From Eledone cirrhosa (lineage: Eukaryota), in assembly GCA_964016885.1 (NCBI GenBank), contig OZ024752.1, forward strand, positions 31,434,001 to 31,498,000: a stretch of DNA of 64,000 bases. Direction: 5' to 3'. The notes below the pieces were generated by a model, which saw only the letters and a list, made by a program, of their open reading frames with translations, had not been told where the DNA came from and did no database searches. Position 1 is the first letter of the stretch. Every line of letters starts with the position of its first letter. Of this stretch, positions 22,549 through 35,984 are shown one piece after another. The position numbers and the translations under genes are program-made.

Positions 22549-22807
22549 ATTAAAGGTGGAAAACTGGGAGAGGGCACTTGCCTTGGTGGTCAGGGTCATT
22601 GTGGCTTTTTACTGGGCTTTCTCCACAAATGTCCCTCCGAAGTCTCCCCCCCTATTGGGGAATTTTTCATTGTTATTTTCATTGTTATTTTTGTTACATC
22701 CTGTTTTTGTTTTTTTACACGCAGAAATGCCCATTTGTACCGTCCTGCATTGTCCTGCACTGTCCTTAATGTCTACTTTATGTAAACCCTTGTGGTTAAT
22801 AAAGAAA

Positions 22808-22870
<63 letters not shown>

Positions 22871-22871
<1 letters not shown>

Positions 22872-22969
22872 GCCGAGGTTAACTTTGCCTTTCATCCTTA
22901 CGGGGTCGATAAAATAAAGTACCAGTAATTGAATGGGTCGTTGCTGGCCTTGTGCCAAAAGTAGAAACA

Positions 22970-23007
<38 letters not shown>

Positions 23008-23066
23008 GAAATAAAGTACCAGTAATGCACTGGATAATTGCTGGCCTTGTGCCTAAAGTAGAAACA
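22871..23066 (+). mobile_element. Two 5'-truncated SINE fragments in (ATT)n
   Basis: GCCGAGGTTAACTTTGCC...CCTTGTGCCAAAAGTAGAAACA. Confidence 0.8.
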
Positions 23067-23099
<33 letters not shown>

Positions 23100-23111
23100 G
23101 TTATTATTATT

Positions 23112-23283
23112 ATTGTTATTACTCCTTGAGTCTCAGTCATTGATGTTAGTTAACTGGAAAGTTTGTTGAAATGAATATCAAGCCACTACCTGCAGCCTCA
23201 GATATTCAGGACGTATCGGAGGGTTCTTGCTGTTCCCAGCAAGCATGCCTTTTGAAGCGTTCCAAAAAGCGTGAAGGGGCCAA

Positions 23284-23288
<5 letters not shown>
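23112..23288 (-). mobile_element. R4/Dong-like element, short 3' fragment in (TAA)n
   Basis: Matches the 3' end of the 28316-30695 element (GTLQKACLLGTARTLRYVLNI and UTR). Confidence 0.88.
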
Positions 23289-23374
<86 letters not shown>

Positions 23375-24944
23375 ACTTATGTAGTTTACAAAGTTGAGCT
23401 TGGTAGCCAGGATTTGACGTAACTCACCTTTCACCAAAAGTTCATTGCGTGGCTATAACTTTTTTTTTTATTTTCATTTTACTTCTAGGTTTATATCTGA
23501 ACATAATTTGATAATATTTAAGAGGAGTGGAGACTTCTAAGAAGTTATAAGTTCAATGTGTTTGGTTGGTAGATATATTTTATTGGTATGAAATTGCAAG
23601 TAGATACCTTCACAGCTGTGACATTCATTCTCACGCCGGTTTTTCTGATTTCACATGAATTATTATCAAATCCACTGACCGTAAAATATAGCAAAACAAG
23701 TAATGGTTTAAAATGATAAATGTATTTGGTATATTACACTTCAAGTGAGAATATTCCCTCCATCTAATAAATATCCGAAGCAAATCACTTCACTCGTCTC
23801 TTTTGATTGCATGTATATTACGTTCTGACTTTACATTAGCAAACAATGAACACCACGATTCAATATCAGGTACAATTTCTAAGACATTTATCAGTTCAGT
23901 GGGGGGGGGGGGGGGTTCACTGATGGCAATAATGACCACTTTGAAAGCAAATGTGGTTTATGAAAGTAACCGGGCTAAAGAGAAAAGCAAAATTGAACGA
24001 CGATATAAACAGAGAAAGATTTGAAGCAATCCATCACAGTAGAGAATAATAGATGAAAGCCGAAAACTATGAAATACCTTATATGACTCAATTTTCATCG
24101 TATATAGACCACAAAAAACTAGGTTATTGCTTGTTTAATCATAATATGTAGTGTGTAAAATATAGGGAAATAATCTCGCATATTTATTGAGTGTAAAGAA
24201 AAATGTATTAACATCGTAATTGCATACAATGCAGCATATTACAGCAAAAGAGAAGAGTACATATTGGTTATAACTATGACGTAGTAAAAAGCGAGAAATG
24301 AAATAATCACGAAGATTTGTCAAATACTTAATATCTCCCAAAGAGAGGATATATTTTCTGTAAATTAATAAAGCTAAAAAAACATTAAAAAGTGATATAT
24401 AATATGGATTTTACTTTATGGGGACTACAAATATAAAAATTGTAATCATTATTTTTATTATTATCGTGAAAGCATCTTTTAAAATAAAAAATTGACGATT
24501 TAGTTGCAGAAGGATAACTATTTGTTTGAAAGAAATTATACACAAATAATACAATAATAACTACAACAACAGCTATATAGTTTGAAAACCAATCAGACAC
24601 AGGAATAAGAAAGTTAAAGAAAAATTATATGATGAAAAAAATGTCAGTAAACACCGCTATTGAATATACATTTACCAAACAGACGACAAAAATAAAACAG
24701 AAAAAAACATACGATTAAAATACGTAAAACCATATACAGAGCAGCTACAGAAAGCTGAACAATAGCAGTAAATTTCACCAGCACAATATTTTTTGTGACT
24801 CAACAAATATTATAAAACTGGATAAAATAATTTTAAGGGACAAAAAGATGCTTTCTTTTGAAAGCTGAAAATCTTGTTTAAAATCGAATTGAAGAAATAA
24901 TTGCAAATATAATTTTTAAAATGTTATTTAAAATGGCCACCAGC

Positions 24945-25085
<141 letters not shown>

Positions 25086-25156
25086 AAAATCAAGGTTTAG
25101 CAAATAGAGAAAAAGTTTTAAAATAAATTTTAAAAAGTTCGCTGTATTTACTATAT

Positions 25157-25244
25157 GTACCCTTACCGCGCGGTTTCAAATCCCAAAATAAATGGATAAT
25201 CCAGGCGGACCACCATTGAGAAGAGGATTCTCGTCAGAAGGTTC
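25157..25244 (-). ncRNA. Type I hammerhead with long stem II insert (family D)
   Basis: Reverse complement: CCTT-CTGACGA-GAATCC...GGATTT-GAAA-CCGCGCGG-TA|AGGG; palindromic stem III. Confidence 0.75.
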
Positions 25245-25724
25245 TTCTCGCTCGGAGAATATAATATTCCCGAGTTCAAATCACAAACTGGTGCCATACA
25301 AAACTGTTCCCAGATGAGAGTCAATGAGGAAGGGACCAATTCTGTCTAGTGCCGTATGTAAAGATAGAAGGCAGGGGCGGACAGGTCAATGACCTGCCAC
25401 TAGCAGCAGTTCAAACGACCAAAATGTTATCTCAACCTTAGGGGAGATTAATAATAAAAAAGCATGTGTACCTACATGTAAAAAATGTATTTTGCTGAGA
25501 TCAAAGTGAGTGAATTTGTCACTACTTTAAAACAATAGCTTACGGTCTTCAAAATGCTTTTAATTAAGCATAAAGTGTATTGCAAAATACATTATATATA
25601 CATCCATATATATATTGCTATTTCAGAGCTCCAATTCTAATTTTTAATTTCTGCCTGACCAACAACCGCTCTGCATAATCAGCTCCTGATTATTTACTAG
25701 ATTTCTATAAGAATATAACATCAA

Positions 25725-25819
25725 TGATCTCAGTAAACAGGTGGGGTAGTTGGCCTTGATAAGCTTCAACCAAAGCGAAACAAGACTTGTCGGCTTATCT
25801 CCCCTGTTTGCTGAGATCA
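25725..25819 (+). ncRNA. Type I hammerhead, U3-A8 core variant (family E), unit 1
   Basis: GGCC-TTGATAA-GCTT/AAGC-GAAA-CAAGaCTTG-TC|GGCT; stem I extends TGATCTCAGTAAACAGG/CCTGTTTGCTGAGATCA; cleavage after 25791. Confidence 0.82.
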
Positions 25820-26040
25820 AAGTGAGTGAATTTGTCACTACTTTAAAACAATAGCTTACGGTCTTCAAAATGCTTTTAATTAAGCATAAAGTGTATTGCA
25901 AAATACATTATATATACATCCATATATATATTGCTATTTCAGAGCTCCAATTCTAATTTTTAATTTCTGCCTGACCAACAACCGCTCTGCATAATCAGCT
26001 CCTGATTATTTACTAGATTTCTATAAGAATATAACATCAA

Positions 26041-26135
26041 TGATCTCAGTAAACAGGTGGGGTAGTTGGCCTTGATAAGCTTCAACCAAAGCGAAACAAG
26101 ACTTGTCGGCTTATCTCCCCTGTTTGCTGAGATCA
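26041..26135 (+). ncRNA. Type I hammerhead, U3-A8 variant (family E), unit 2
   Basis: Identical to 25725-25819; cleavage after 26107. Confidence 0.82.
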
Positions 26136-26266
26136 AAGTGAGTGAATTTGTCACTACTTTAAAACAATAGCTTACGGTCTTCAAAATGCTTTTAATTAAG
26201 CATAAAGTGTATTGCAAGATACATTATATATACATCCATATATATATTGCTATTTCAGAGCTCCAA

Positions 26267-26324
<58 letters not shown>

Positions 26325-26485
26325 TAGTGGACAGCGATGTTAACAATACGTTAAAGCAGTAGCATATCAATAGATAGAAAAACACATCTCGATTCTTCTG
26401 AAGAAAATGTTCTGGGTGGTTATTATATAACTACCTTTGCATTTTTGAAATACGTATAATGTACGAATAAAATCTCTTTCTTATT

Positions 26486-26539
<54 letters not shown>

Positions 26540-27527
26540 GTCTGTGTGTGTGTTTTCATTAAAAGTACCAGTAATGCATTGGGATAATTGCTGGCCTTGT
26601 GCCAAAAGTAGAAACAATTATTTAATACAGTGAGAATATCTGCCAACTTATCACATTGAACTTCTTGACTTATGTAACACATTTTTCCTTAATTCATTTA
26701 TTGCCTTGAGTCGACTATTCTAATGAATGTTGACAAACTTTTCTAAAAATATATTTACTGCTTCGTTTTGGACAAACTCTAATATTCTTTACAATATTGA
26801 TCTTATTTATAAACATTCTCGTGTCTATCTCCTTCTATATAAAACCACGATGGATTCTTGTAAAGATATTAATAATAAAATTAAATATATAAGATCTGCT
26901 TTCCGAGATTATTGAATAAAACTATTATAATTTCCATTTTAAATAATATTAACTGAACCACATTCGAAGTTTGAATATTCTATTTCAGAAATTTTCTCAA
27001 AAGTGTAAAAATAGTTATATATATTTTTTCTGTAATCACCTCACATATTACAGGAATCGTAAAAGAAGTTCGTGAGGCTTTTTTGAACATGGTATTTACA
27101 ATTACATGTTTTACATTGAAAGAATTTTTTAAAGAAAATATTTATACAGATTTAAATATGATTCACTTAAAATTACTAATAAAATATTTTCATATTTTCA
27201 TATTATTGTTATTTTCATTTCAATCTTCCTTTGAATTCTGCTTCTTTCCCATATCTTGCTGAGTGTCAACTTGACACCTGAGGAGGCAACATTTGGTAAT
27301 ACAAACATTTAAGAATCAATTGTCATACAAATGATGCCATAGGGGCATAAATAAAACAGTAAATATCTTTGCAAGGTTTTTAAATTGATAATGCCCTTCT
27401 AAGGACATGGATAGTACCTGTCAGAACTATTTTCTGTATATCTTGCAGAGAGATGGTTTTCCAGGTATCTGGGCCAGATACTTTTTCAGTTCCCTTTTAA
27501 TTATTATTATCATTATTATTATTATTA

Positions 27528-27717
27528 AGGGCGGGGGATTGGCAGTATCGGTAGAGAGTCGGACGCCATGCTTTCCAGCATAGTTACGTCCCTTTACAGT
27601 CTGAGTTCAAATCCCGCCGAGGTTTACATTGCCTTTCCTCCTTACTGGGTCGATAAAATAAAGTACCAGTAATGCACTGGGTAATTGCTGGCCTTGTGCC
27701 TAAAGTAGAAACAATTA

Positions 27718-27759
<42 letters not shown>

Positions 27760-27871
27760 TGAGTTCAAATCCCGCCGAGGTTTACTTTGCCTTTCATCCT
27801 TCCGGGGTCGATAGAATAAAGTACCAGTAATGCATTGGGTAATTGCTGGCCTTGTGCCAAAAGTAGAAACA
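27528..27871 (+). mobile_element. SINE copies (full 27528-27714; truncated 27758-27871) in (ATT)n; another truncated copy at 28198-28300
   Basis: Same SINE consensus. Confidence 0.85.
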
Positions 27872-27886
27872 ATTATTAATAACAAT

Positions 27887-28107
27887 GCTTTCTTTATTAA
27901 CCACAAGGGTTTACATAAAGTAGACATTAAGGACAGTACAGGACGGTACAAATGGGCAGTTCTGCGTGTAAAAAACAAAAAGAGAGGATGTAACAAAAAA
28001 ATAACAATGAAAAATTCCCCAATAGGGGGGGAGACTTTCGAGGAACATTCGTGGAGAAAGCCCAGTTTCCACCTTTAATTTACAGACACATACTCAGTGT
28101 AGGCCCA
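27887..28107 (-). mobile_element. 5'-truncated, diverged Tx1-family 3' fragment with 10-bp TSD
   Basis: Reverse complement matches the last ORF2 codons and 3'UTR; TAATAACAAT at 27877-27886 and 28108-28117. Confidence 0.88.
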
Positions 28108-28142
28108 TAATAACAATAATAAATAAAGAAATAAAGAAATCT

Positions 28143-28197
<55 letters not shown>

Positions 28198-28315
28198 CAG
28201 AGTTCAAATCCCGCCGAGGTTAACTTTGCCTTTCATCCTTACGGGGTCGATAAAATAAAGTACTGGGTATTTGCAGGCCTTGTGCCTAAAAGTAGAAACA
28301 ATTATTATTATTGTT

Positions 28316-30692
28316 GTTATTCCTTGAATCTCAGTCATTGATGTTGGTTAACTGGAAAGTCCGTTGGATTGAATATCAAGCCACTACCTGCAGCCTCAGA
28401 TATTCAGGACGTATCGGAGGGTTCTTGCTGTTCCAAGCAAACATGCCTTTTGAAGCGTTCCAAAAAGCGTGAAGGGGCCGATTTTCTTTAACCATCCCTG
28501 GAAACTTTTGGAGATAGTCCCCAGTGCGCCTATGACAATCGGGATCACTTTGACTTCATGGCAGTTCCAAATCCTTTTCACCTCCCACTTTAGGTCCTGG
28601 TATCGGTTAATTTTCTCCCTCTCCTTCTCTTGCACTCTCGTGTCGAACGGGCACGCCACATCCACAATCAGACACGATCTTTTTTCTTTGTCCACAACCA
28701 CCAGGTCAGGTCTATTGTGTTCCAGTTTTTTGTCCGTCTGTATCCTAAAATCCCACAGCACCTTCACCTGATTGTTCTCCATCACCGCCTCTGGCCTATG
28801 CTCATACCATTTCTCAGAATGTGGTAAATTGTTTACTTTGCATAGGTGCCAGTGGATCACCCTGCCCATCACATCGTGTCTCCAGCCCTTATAGTGGGTC
28901 TGGGCTAGGTGTTTACACTCGGACACAATGTGAGCCACAGTCTCCTCTCTCTCTCCACAGATCCTGCACAGTGGGCTAGCCTCCTCCTTGTAGATATGGT
29001 GCTTCAACCACTTCGTTTTGAGGGCCTGCTCCTGCGCAGCCATTAGCATTCCTTCTGTAGCCTTTTTGAGGTCTCCTCTTCTCAACCAGTTCCATGTCTG
29101 TGGATCTCTAAATTCAGTTTTCTCAAAGAAGGTACTATGAAGGGATTTTCCCTTAAGGCTGCTCTTCCTCCTTGATGTTATTTCCTCCTTGGACATCCAA
29201 TGGCCTACTGTCCCCTCCTTCAGTACAGTTCTGAGCATTGGCTCCTTACTATAGGTCACGTATTTGTATAGGTTGTTTTTCTCCATCTGAACACAGTCCT
29301 CTATGCTGATAAGACCTCTTCCACCCTCAGATCTCCTTAGGTAGAGTCTATCGACATCACTCCTCTTGTGGAACATGTTGTAGATAGTCAATAGCTTCCT
29401 AGTCTTCCTATCCATTTCTTTTTGTTCAGCAACATTCCATCTCAGAATTCCCGCACTGTACCTAATAATAGACACAGCTCGGGAATTTACTGCGCTTATG
29501 GCATTTCTGCTGTTCAGATGTGACTTCAATACGCTCCTTACTCTTCGAATGTATTCAGTTCTTAACAATTCCTTCATTTTTTTGTTCTTTATGCCATCAG
29601 CCTCCAGAACGCCCAAATACTTGTATCCTTCCTCAGAGTCAATTTCCTTTATCATCTCACCTGTTGGTATCTGGATCCCGTTACTTCTGCTCAACCTACC
29701 CCTCTTCATCACAATGACTCCACATTTACCAATACCAAACTGCATACATATATCACTGCTGAAAATACGGACAGTGTCAACAAGCACATCCAACTCCTTC
29801 TCACTTTTCCCGAAGAGCTTAAGATCGTCCATGAAGAGGAGGTGATTGATGGTAAGCTCTCCCCTTCCCAACTTGTATCCTGCTCTCACTTTTCGCAGCA
29901 TAATGGTCAAGGGCATCAGGGCAAGGACAAACAACAGAGGGGACAGGCTATCTCCCTGGAAGATACCTCTCTTGATCTTCACGCTTCCCAAGGATACTCC
30001 AGTTGATGTCAACTCTGTCTCCCAGGACCCCATACTCCTGCCTAGCAACTGTCTGATGTTATCTGCCACCCTGAAGATCTCCAGGCTTTTGGTGATCCAG
30101 GAATGAGGCACCATGTCAAATGCCTTTCTGTAGTCTATCCATCCCATGGCAAGATCAGTGTGTCTCCTCCTGCAATTCCCCATTACCATCTTATCAATAA
30201 GTAACTGGTCCTTTGTACCACGTGACTTCTTTCGGCATCCTTTCTGTTCGTCCGGTAACAAGTTGTTTGTGTGGAGGTGATGGTAGATTTCCTCAGACAC
30301 AATGCTCGTCAACAGTTTCCACATTACGGACAGACATGTGATAGGTCTATAGTTGGTAACATCATTACCCTTGATTCGGTCTTTCATTATCAGAACTGTG
30401 GTACCTTTTGTCAACCACTCTGGCACCTCACCCGACACCAAGCAGTCATTGAACATGGCCGTCAGCTTCGGGTGGAGGGATGTTAAATGTTTAATCCAAT
30501 ACCCCTGCACACCATCTGGGCCTGGTGATTTCCAGTTGGTTAGTTTTTTGGCCTGCCCCTTAAGAGTTTCAACTGTGATACTCAAATCAGTTTGTTGTTG
30601 TGCCTGCTCACCGATCTCCCTCTGTACTGTCTCAATCCATCCTGCCTGGGCATTGTGTCTAACATCCTGCTCCCATATTCCTCTCCAGAATG

Positions 30693-30695
<3 letters not shown>
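28316..30695 (-). mobile_element. R4/Dong-like RLE non-LTR retrotransposon, 5'-truncated, in (TAA)n
   Basis: Uninterrupted RT-CCHC-RLE frame flanked by ATT repeats. Confidence 0.9.
28396..30695 (-). CDS. RT, CCHC and restriction-like endonuclease (5'-truncated open frame)
   Basis: NWKSPGPDG, YRPITCL, DYRKAFD, GIFQGDSLSP, LFMDD, CRICG..ETVAHIVSEC, RHD, RPDLVVVD..IVDVACP; frame stays open upstream of the TTG at 30585 (KTFWRGIW). Confidence 0.88.
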
Positions 30696-30738
<43 letters not shown>

Positions 30739-32229
30739 GTTATTACTCTTTGAGTCTCAGTCATTGATGTTAGTTAACTGGAAAGTTTGTTGAAATGAAT
30801 ATCAAGCCACTACCTGCAGCCTCAGATATTCAGGACGTATCGGAGGGTTCTTGCTGTTCCCAGCAAGCATGCCTTTTGAAGCGTTCCAAAAAGCGTGAAG
30901 GGGCCAATTTTCTTTAACCATCCCTGGAAACTTTTTGAGATAGTCCCTAGTGCGCCTATGACAATCGGGATCACTTTGACTTCATGGCAGTTCCAAATCC
31001 TTTTTACCTCCCACTTTAAGTCCTGGTATCGGTTAATTTTCTCCCTCTCCTTCTCTTGCACTCTCGTGTCGAATGGGCAGGCCACATCCACAATCAGGCA
31101 CGATCTTTTTTTCTTTGTCCACAACCACCAGGTCAGGTCTATTGTGTTCCAGTTTCTTGTCCGTCTGTATCCTAAAATCCCACAGCACCTTCACCTGATA
31201 GTTTTCTATCACCGCCTCTGGCTTATGCTCATACCACTTCTCAGAATGTGGTAAATTGTTTACTTTGCATAGGTGCCAGTGGATCACCCTGCCCATCACA
31301 TCATGTCTCCAGCCCTTATAGTGAGTCTGGGCTAGGTGTTTACACTCGGATACAATGTGAGCCACAGTCTCCTCTCTCTCTCCACAGATCCTGCACAGTG
31401 GGCTAGCCTCCTTCTTGTAAATATGGTGTTTCAACCACTTCGTTTTGAGGGCCTGCTCCTGCGCAGCCATTAACATTCCTTCTGTAGTCTTTTTAAGATC
31501 TCTTTTCAACCAGTTCCATGTCTGTGGATCTCTAAATTCAGTTTTCTCAAAGAAGGTACTATGAAGGGATTTTTCCTGAAGGCTGCTCTTTCTCCTTGAT
31601 GTTATTTCCTCCTTGGACATCCCCTGGCCTATTGTCCCCTCCTTCAGTACAGTTCTGAGCATTGGCTCCTTACTATAGGTCACGTATTTGTATAGGTTGT
31701 TTTTCTCCATCTGAACACAGTCCTCTATGCTGATAAGACCTCTTCCACCTTCAGATCTCCTTAAGTAGAGTCTATCGACATCACTCCTCTTGTGGAACAT
31801 GTTGTAGATAGTCAATAGCTTCCTAGTCTTCCTATCCATTTCTTTTTGTTCAGCAACATTCCATCTCAGAATTCCCGCACTGTACCTAATAATAGACACA
31901 GCTCGGGAATTTACTGCACTTATGGCATTCCTACTGTTCAGATGTGACTTTAATACGCTCCATATTCTCCGAATGTATTCAGTTCTTATCAATTCCTTCA
32001 TTTTTTTGTTCTTGATGTCATCCGCCTCCAGAACGCCCAAATACTTGTATCCTTCTTCAGAGTCAATTTCCTTTATCATCTAACCTGTTGGTACCTGGAT
32101 TCCGTTACTTCTGCTCAACTTACCCCTCTTCATCACAATGACTCCACACTTACTAATACCAAATTGCATACATATATCATTGCTGAAAATACGGACAGTG
32201 TCAACAAGCACATCCAACTCCTTCTCACC
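30739..32229 (-). pseudogene. Second R4/Dong-like copy, more truncated, with a stop and a frameshift
   Basis: Highly similar to the 28316 copy; TAG near 32080 and frameshift near 31105; flanked by ATT repeats. Confidence 0.9.
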
Positions 32230-32230
32230 A

Positions 32231-32276
<46 letters not shown>

Positions 32277-32486
32277 GGGTGGTGGATTGGTAGTATCGGT
32301 AGAGCGTCAGCCACCATGCTTTTGCAGCATAGAGTTACAGTTCTGAGTTCAAATCTCGCCGAGGTTAGCTTTGCCTTTCCTCCTTACGGGATCGATAAAA
32401 TAAAGCACCAGTAATGCACTGAGGTCTATTTAATCGACTTTCCCCTCCCCAAGATTGCTGACCTTGTGCCTGAAGTAGAAACAATT

Positions 32487-32517
<31 letters not shown>

Positions 32518-33312
32518 TTTAGCTCAAATAATGTTTTCGAAAAGCTAAATTTTGTGTATACTGTCTAAATTAATATTTGTTTCTACTTTAGGCACAAGGC
32601 CAGCAAATACCCAGAGCATTACTGGTACTTTATTTTATCGACACCGTAAGGATGAAAGGCAAAGTCAACCTCGGCGGGATTTGAACTCAGATCGTAAAGG
32701 GACGTAACTATGCTGGAAAGCATGGCGTCCGACTCTCTACCGATACTGCCAATCCACCGCCCCAAATGTCTAAATTAATATTAGTATCGAAGTTGTTATT
32801 TTATCCACCGTTAGAAACCACGTGGGTCCAGATATTCATTTCTGTTTTCTAATTTAGGCATGAGGCCAACACATTTGAGGGAAGGACAAAGTTGATCAAA
32901 TCAACCCCAGTGCTTGGTTGGTACTTTATTTTATCGATCTCGGAAAGTTGAACGAGAAAGGCAAAGTTGACCTCGGTAGGATTTGAACTCATAATATAAA
33001 GGACCAGAACACATACCAAAATGGTATTTTATCCAACGCTCTACCTATTCTACCAATTCCGCCAATTTACCAATCTATTGCCTCTACATATTTGTTTCTA
33101 CTTTTGGCACAAGGACAGCAATTTGAAGGTAAGAGGAGAAACTCGATTAAATCGACCCCAGTACGTTACTGCTACTTTATTTTATCGACCCCGTAAGGTT
33201 GAAAGGCAAAGCTAACCTCGGCGGGATTTAAACTCAGAACGTAGAAGTCCGTAACTCTATGTCAGAAAAGTTGTTGTCCGACGCTCTACTAATTCTGCCA
33301 ATCCACCACCCT
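32277..33312. mobile_element. Cluster of four SINEs (32277-32483 +; 32577-32763, 32843-33065, 33092-33312 -)
   Basis: SINE consensus on both strands. Confidence 0.85.
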
Positions 33313-33558
33313 GACTACTACTCCTAAATATTAATAAAATCGTAGTGAAAATATCAATAAATACAAAAGTAATAACGATATTGAACAAATAATATAAACA
33401 CGAGTTCTACAGTTTCTGTTGTTTTTTTAAGACTTAGACACGAGAGAACTTTCAATAAATTTATTTAACGAAAAAATTTGCGCTACATCATCATCACTTT
33501 TCTTTTTATTTCTGTGTCTCATCCTTATATATATATATATATATATATATGCGTGTGT

Positions 33559-33630
<72 letters not shown>

Positions 33631-34174
33631 GCGTGTGTGCGCGTATATATACACACACATACAACATCAACATCTTCCCAGTTTGTTATTCAAGCTTCAT
33701 TCCAAACTCACAATACTAGTTTCCATTAATTACTGTTATGGAATAGTAAAGTTCTCAGTCCTATGACCAAGTCTCTTCTGTAATGATGTTTGTACAATTT
33801 AAACGTAAACCACTTAAAGGTGCAATAAATTCTTTCGAAAAACATTTACTTCTCTTGCCTCTCTTAAAAGGAGAAGAAAAATATCCTTTCGTTATTGCTT
33901 TAGATATAAAATCATTAAGTTTATTATTTGTTTTTGATGCTTTTTCTTTCTTATGTAATCAATAATATGGTTTAGCTACTGTTGGTTTGCCTGAGATTTT
34001 GGTGAGTATATATATATATATATATATATAAGGTATAATCCCAACGGTGGGCGTTCTCCTTTTCAGCTGCCCTTCAGGATGGCTCCTCGTTGAGATTATA
34101 CTGCATATCTGTACCTAAAGCTGATTCGAGTACGAGCCTAATCTGCGGTCGCCCTGGTATTCAAACAGTGAATA

Positions 34175-34257
<83 letters not shown>

Positions 34258-34265
34258 CGGTGGGA

Positions 34266-34318
34266 GGGACCGTCCTGAGGAAGGCCAGTCATGCCTGAAA
34301 TGCATAGACGGTTGTCCC
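34266..34318 (+). ncRNA. Minimal type I hammerhead (family F)
   Basis: GGGACCGTC-CTGAGGA-AGGC/GCCT-GAAA-TGCA-TA|GACGGTTGTCCC; canonical core with palindromic stem III. Confidence 0.85.
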
Positions 34319-34445
34319 CTTGCTTCTACTGGACACCACCAGAGAGCGTTAGCCCCGGTGTTAGCTACGGTTTCCTAAAACCGTGTTTCTTTAGAAATAC
34401 GAAATTTCTATACATATTTGTATAAAGCTATACTTGAAGCGAAAT

Positions 34446-35528
<1,083 letters not shown>

Positions 35529-35984
35529 CTACGGTGGCCTAACAGCCAACGTCTTTAAGAAAGAATTCACTCAATATATATTATTAATGTTTTCTCCTGT
35601 ACTTAAAATTAAATATATATTTATATTTATTCCTATATTTATCAAAAAACATTGTAGATAAGAAAGTCGAAGGATCATTAAAATATTAACCCTGAGGTGG
35701 GCAGTTCGTATTTTCTAACAAACAATAAATGCTAACTATATTTGAAATATACTAATAGTAAACGCCTACGTCTATTCCATATAGCTCTAAGTAGTAGCAT
35801 CCCTGTAAAAGTGACATGTAATTGAATGGCTTACAAATTTCAGTTAATGTTCATTACGATAAAATTTGCTCACAAAACCTGGCATCATGTCCGAGAAGAG
35901 ATTTATTCATTTTATATTAATCTCTAAAGAAAATAAAGATAAGCATCGACCTATTCAAGCATTGAGGTTCATAAAAAAAAATAA

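Larger units (their letters stand above)
16784..22809 (+). mobile_element. Full-length L1/Tx1-clade LINE, copy 3 (6026 bp), tandem to copy 2
   Basis: Same 5' end GAATGCCATGG; ends AATAAAGAAATC before (ATT)~20. Confidence 0.95.
25491..26273 (+). repeat. 316-bp tandem repeat (~2.5 units) carrying hammerheads; retrozyme-like
   Basis: TTTGCTGAGATCAAAG recurs at 25491, 25807 and 26123; ends in (TA)n. Confidence 0.92.

Noticed and set aside
25644-26217. Duplicated 85-aa minus-strand ORFs
   Set aside because: By-product of the 316-bp repeat; non-ATG start and no recognisable motifs
34050-34085. Minus-strand CTGAAGG...GAAA
   Set aside because: No stem III, UH site or stem I pairing
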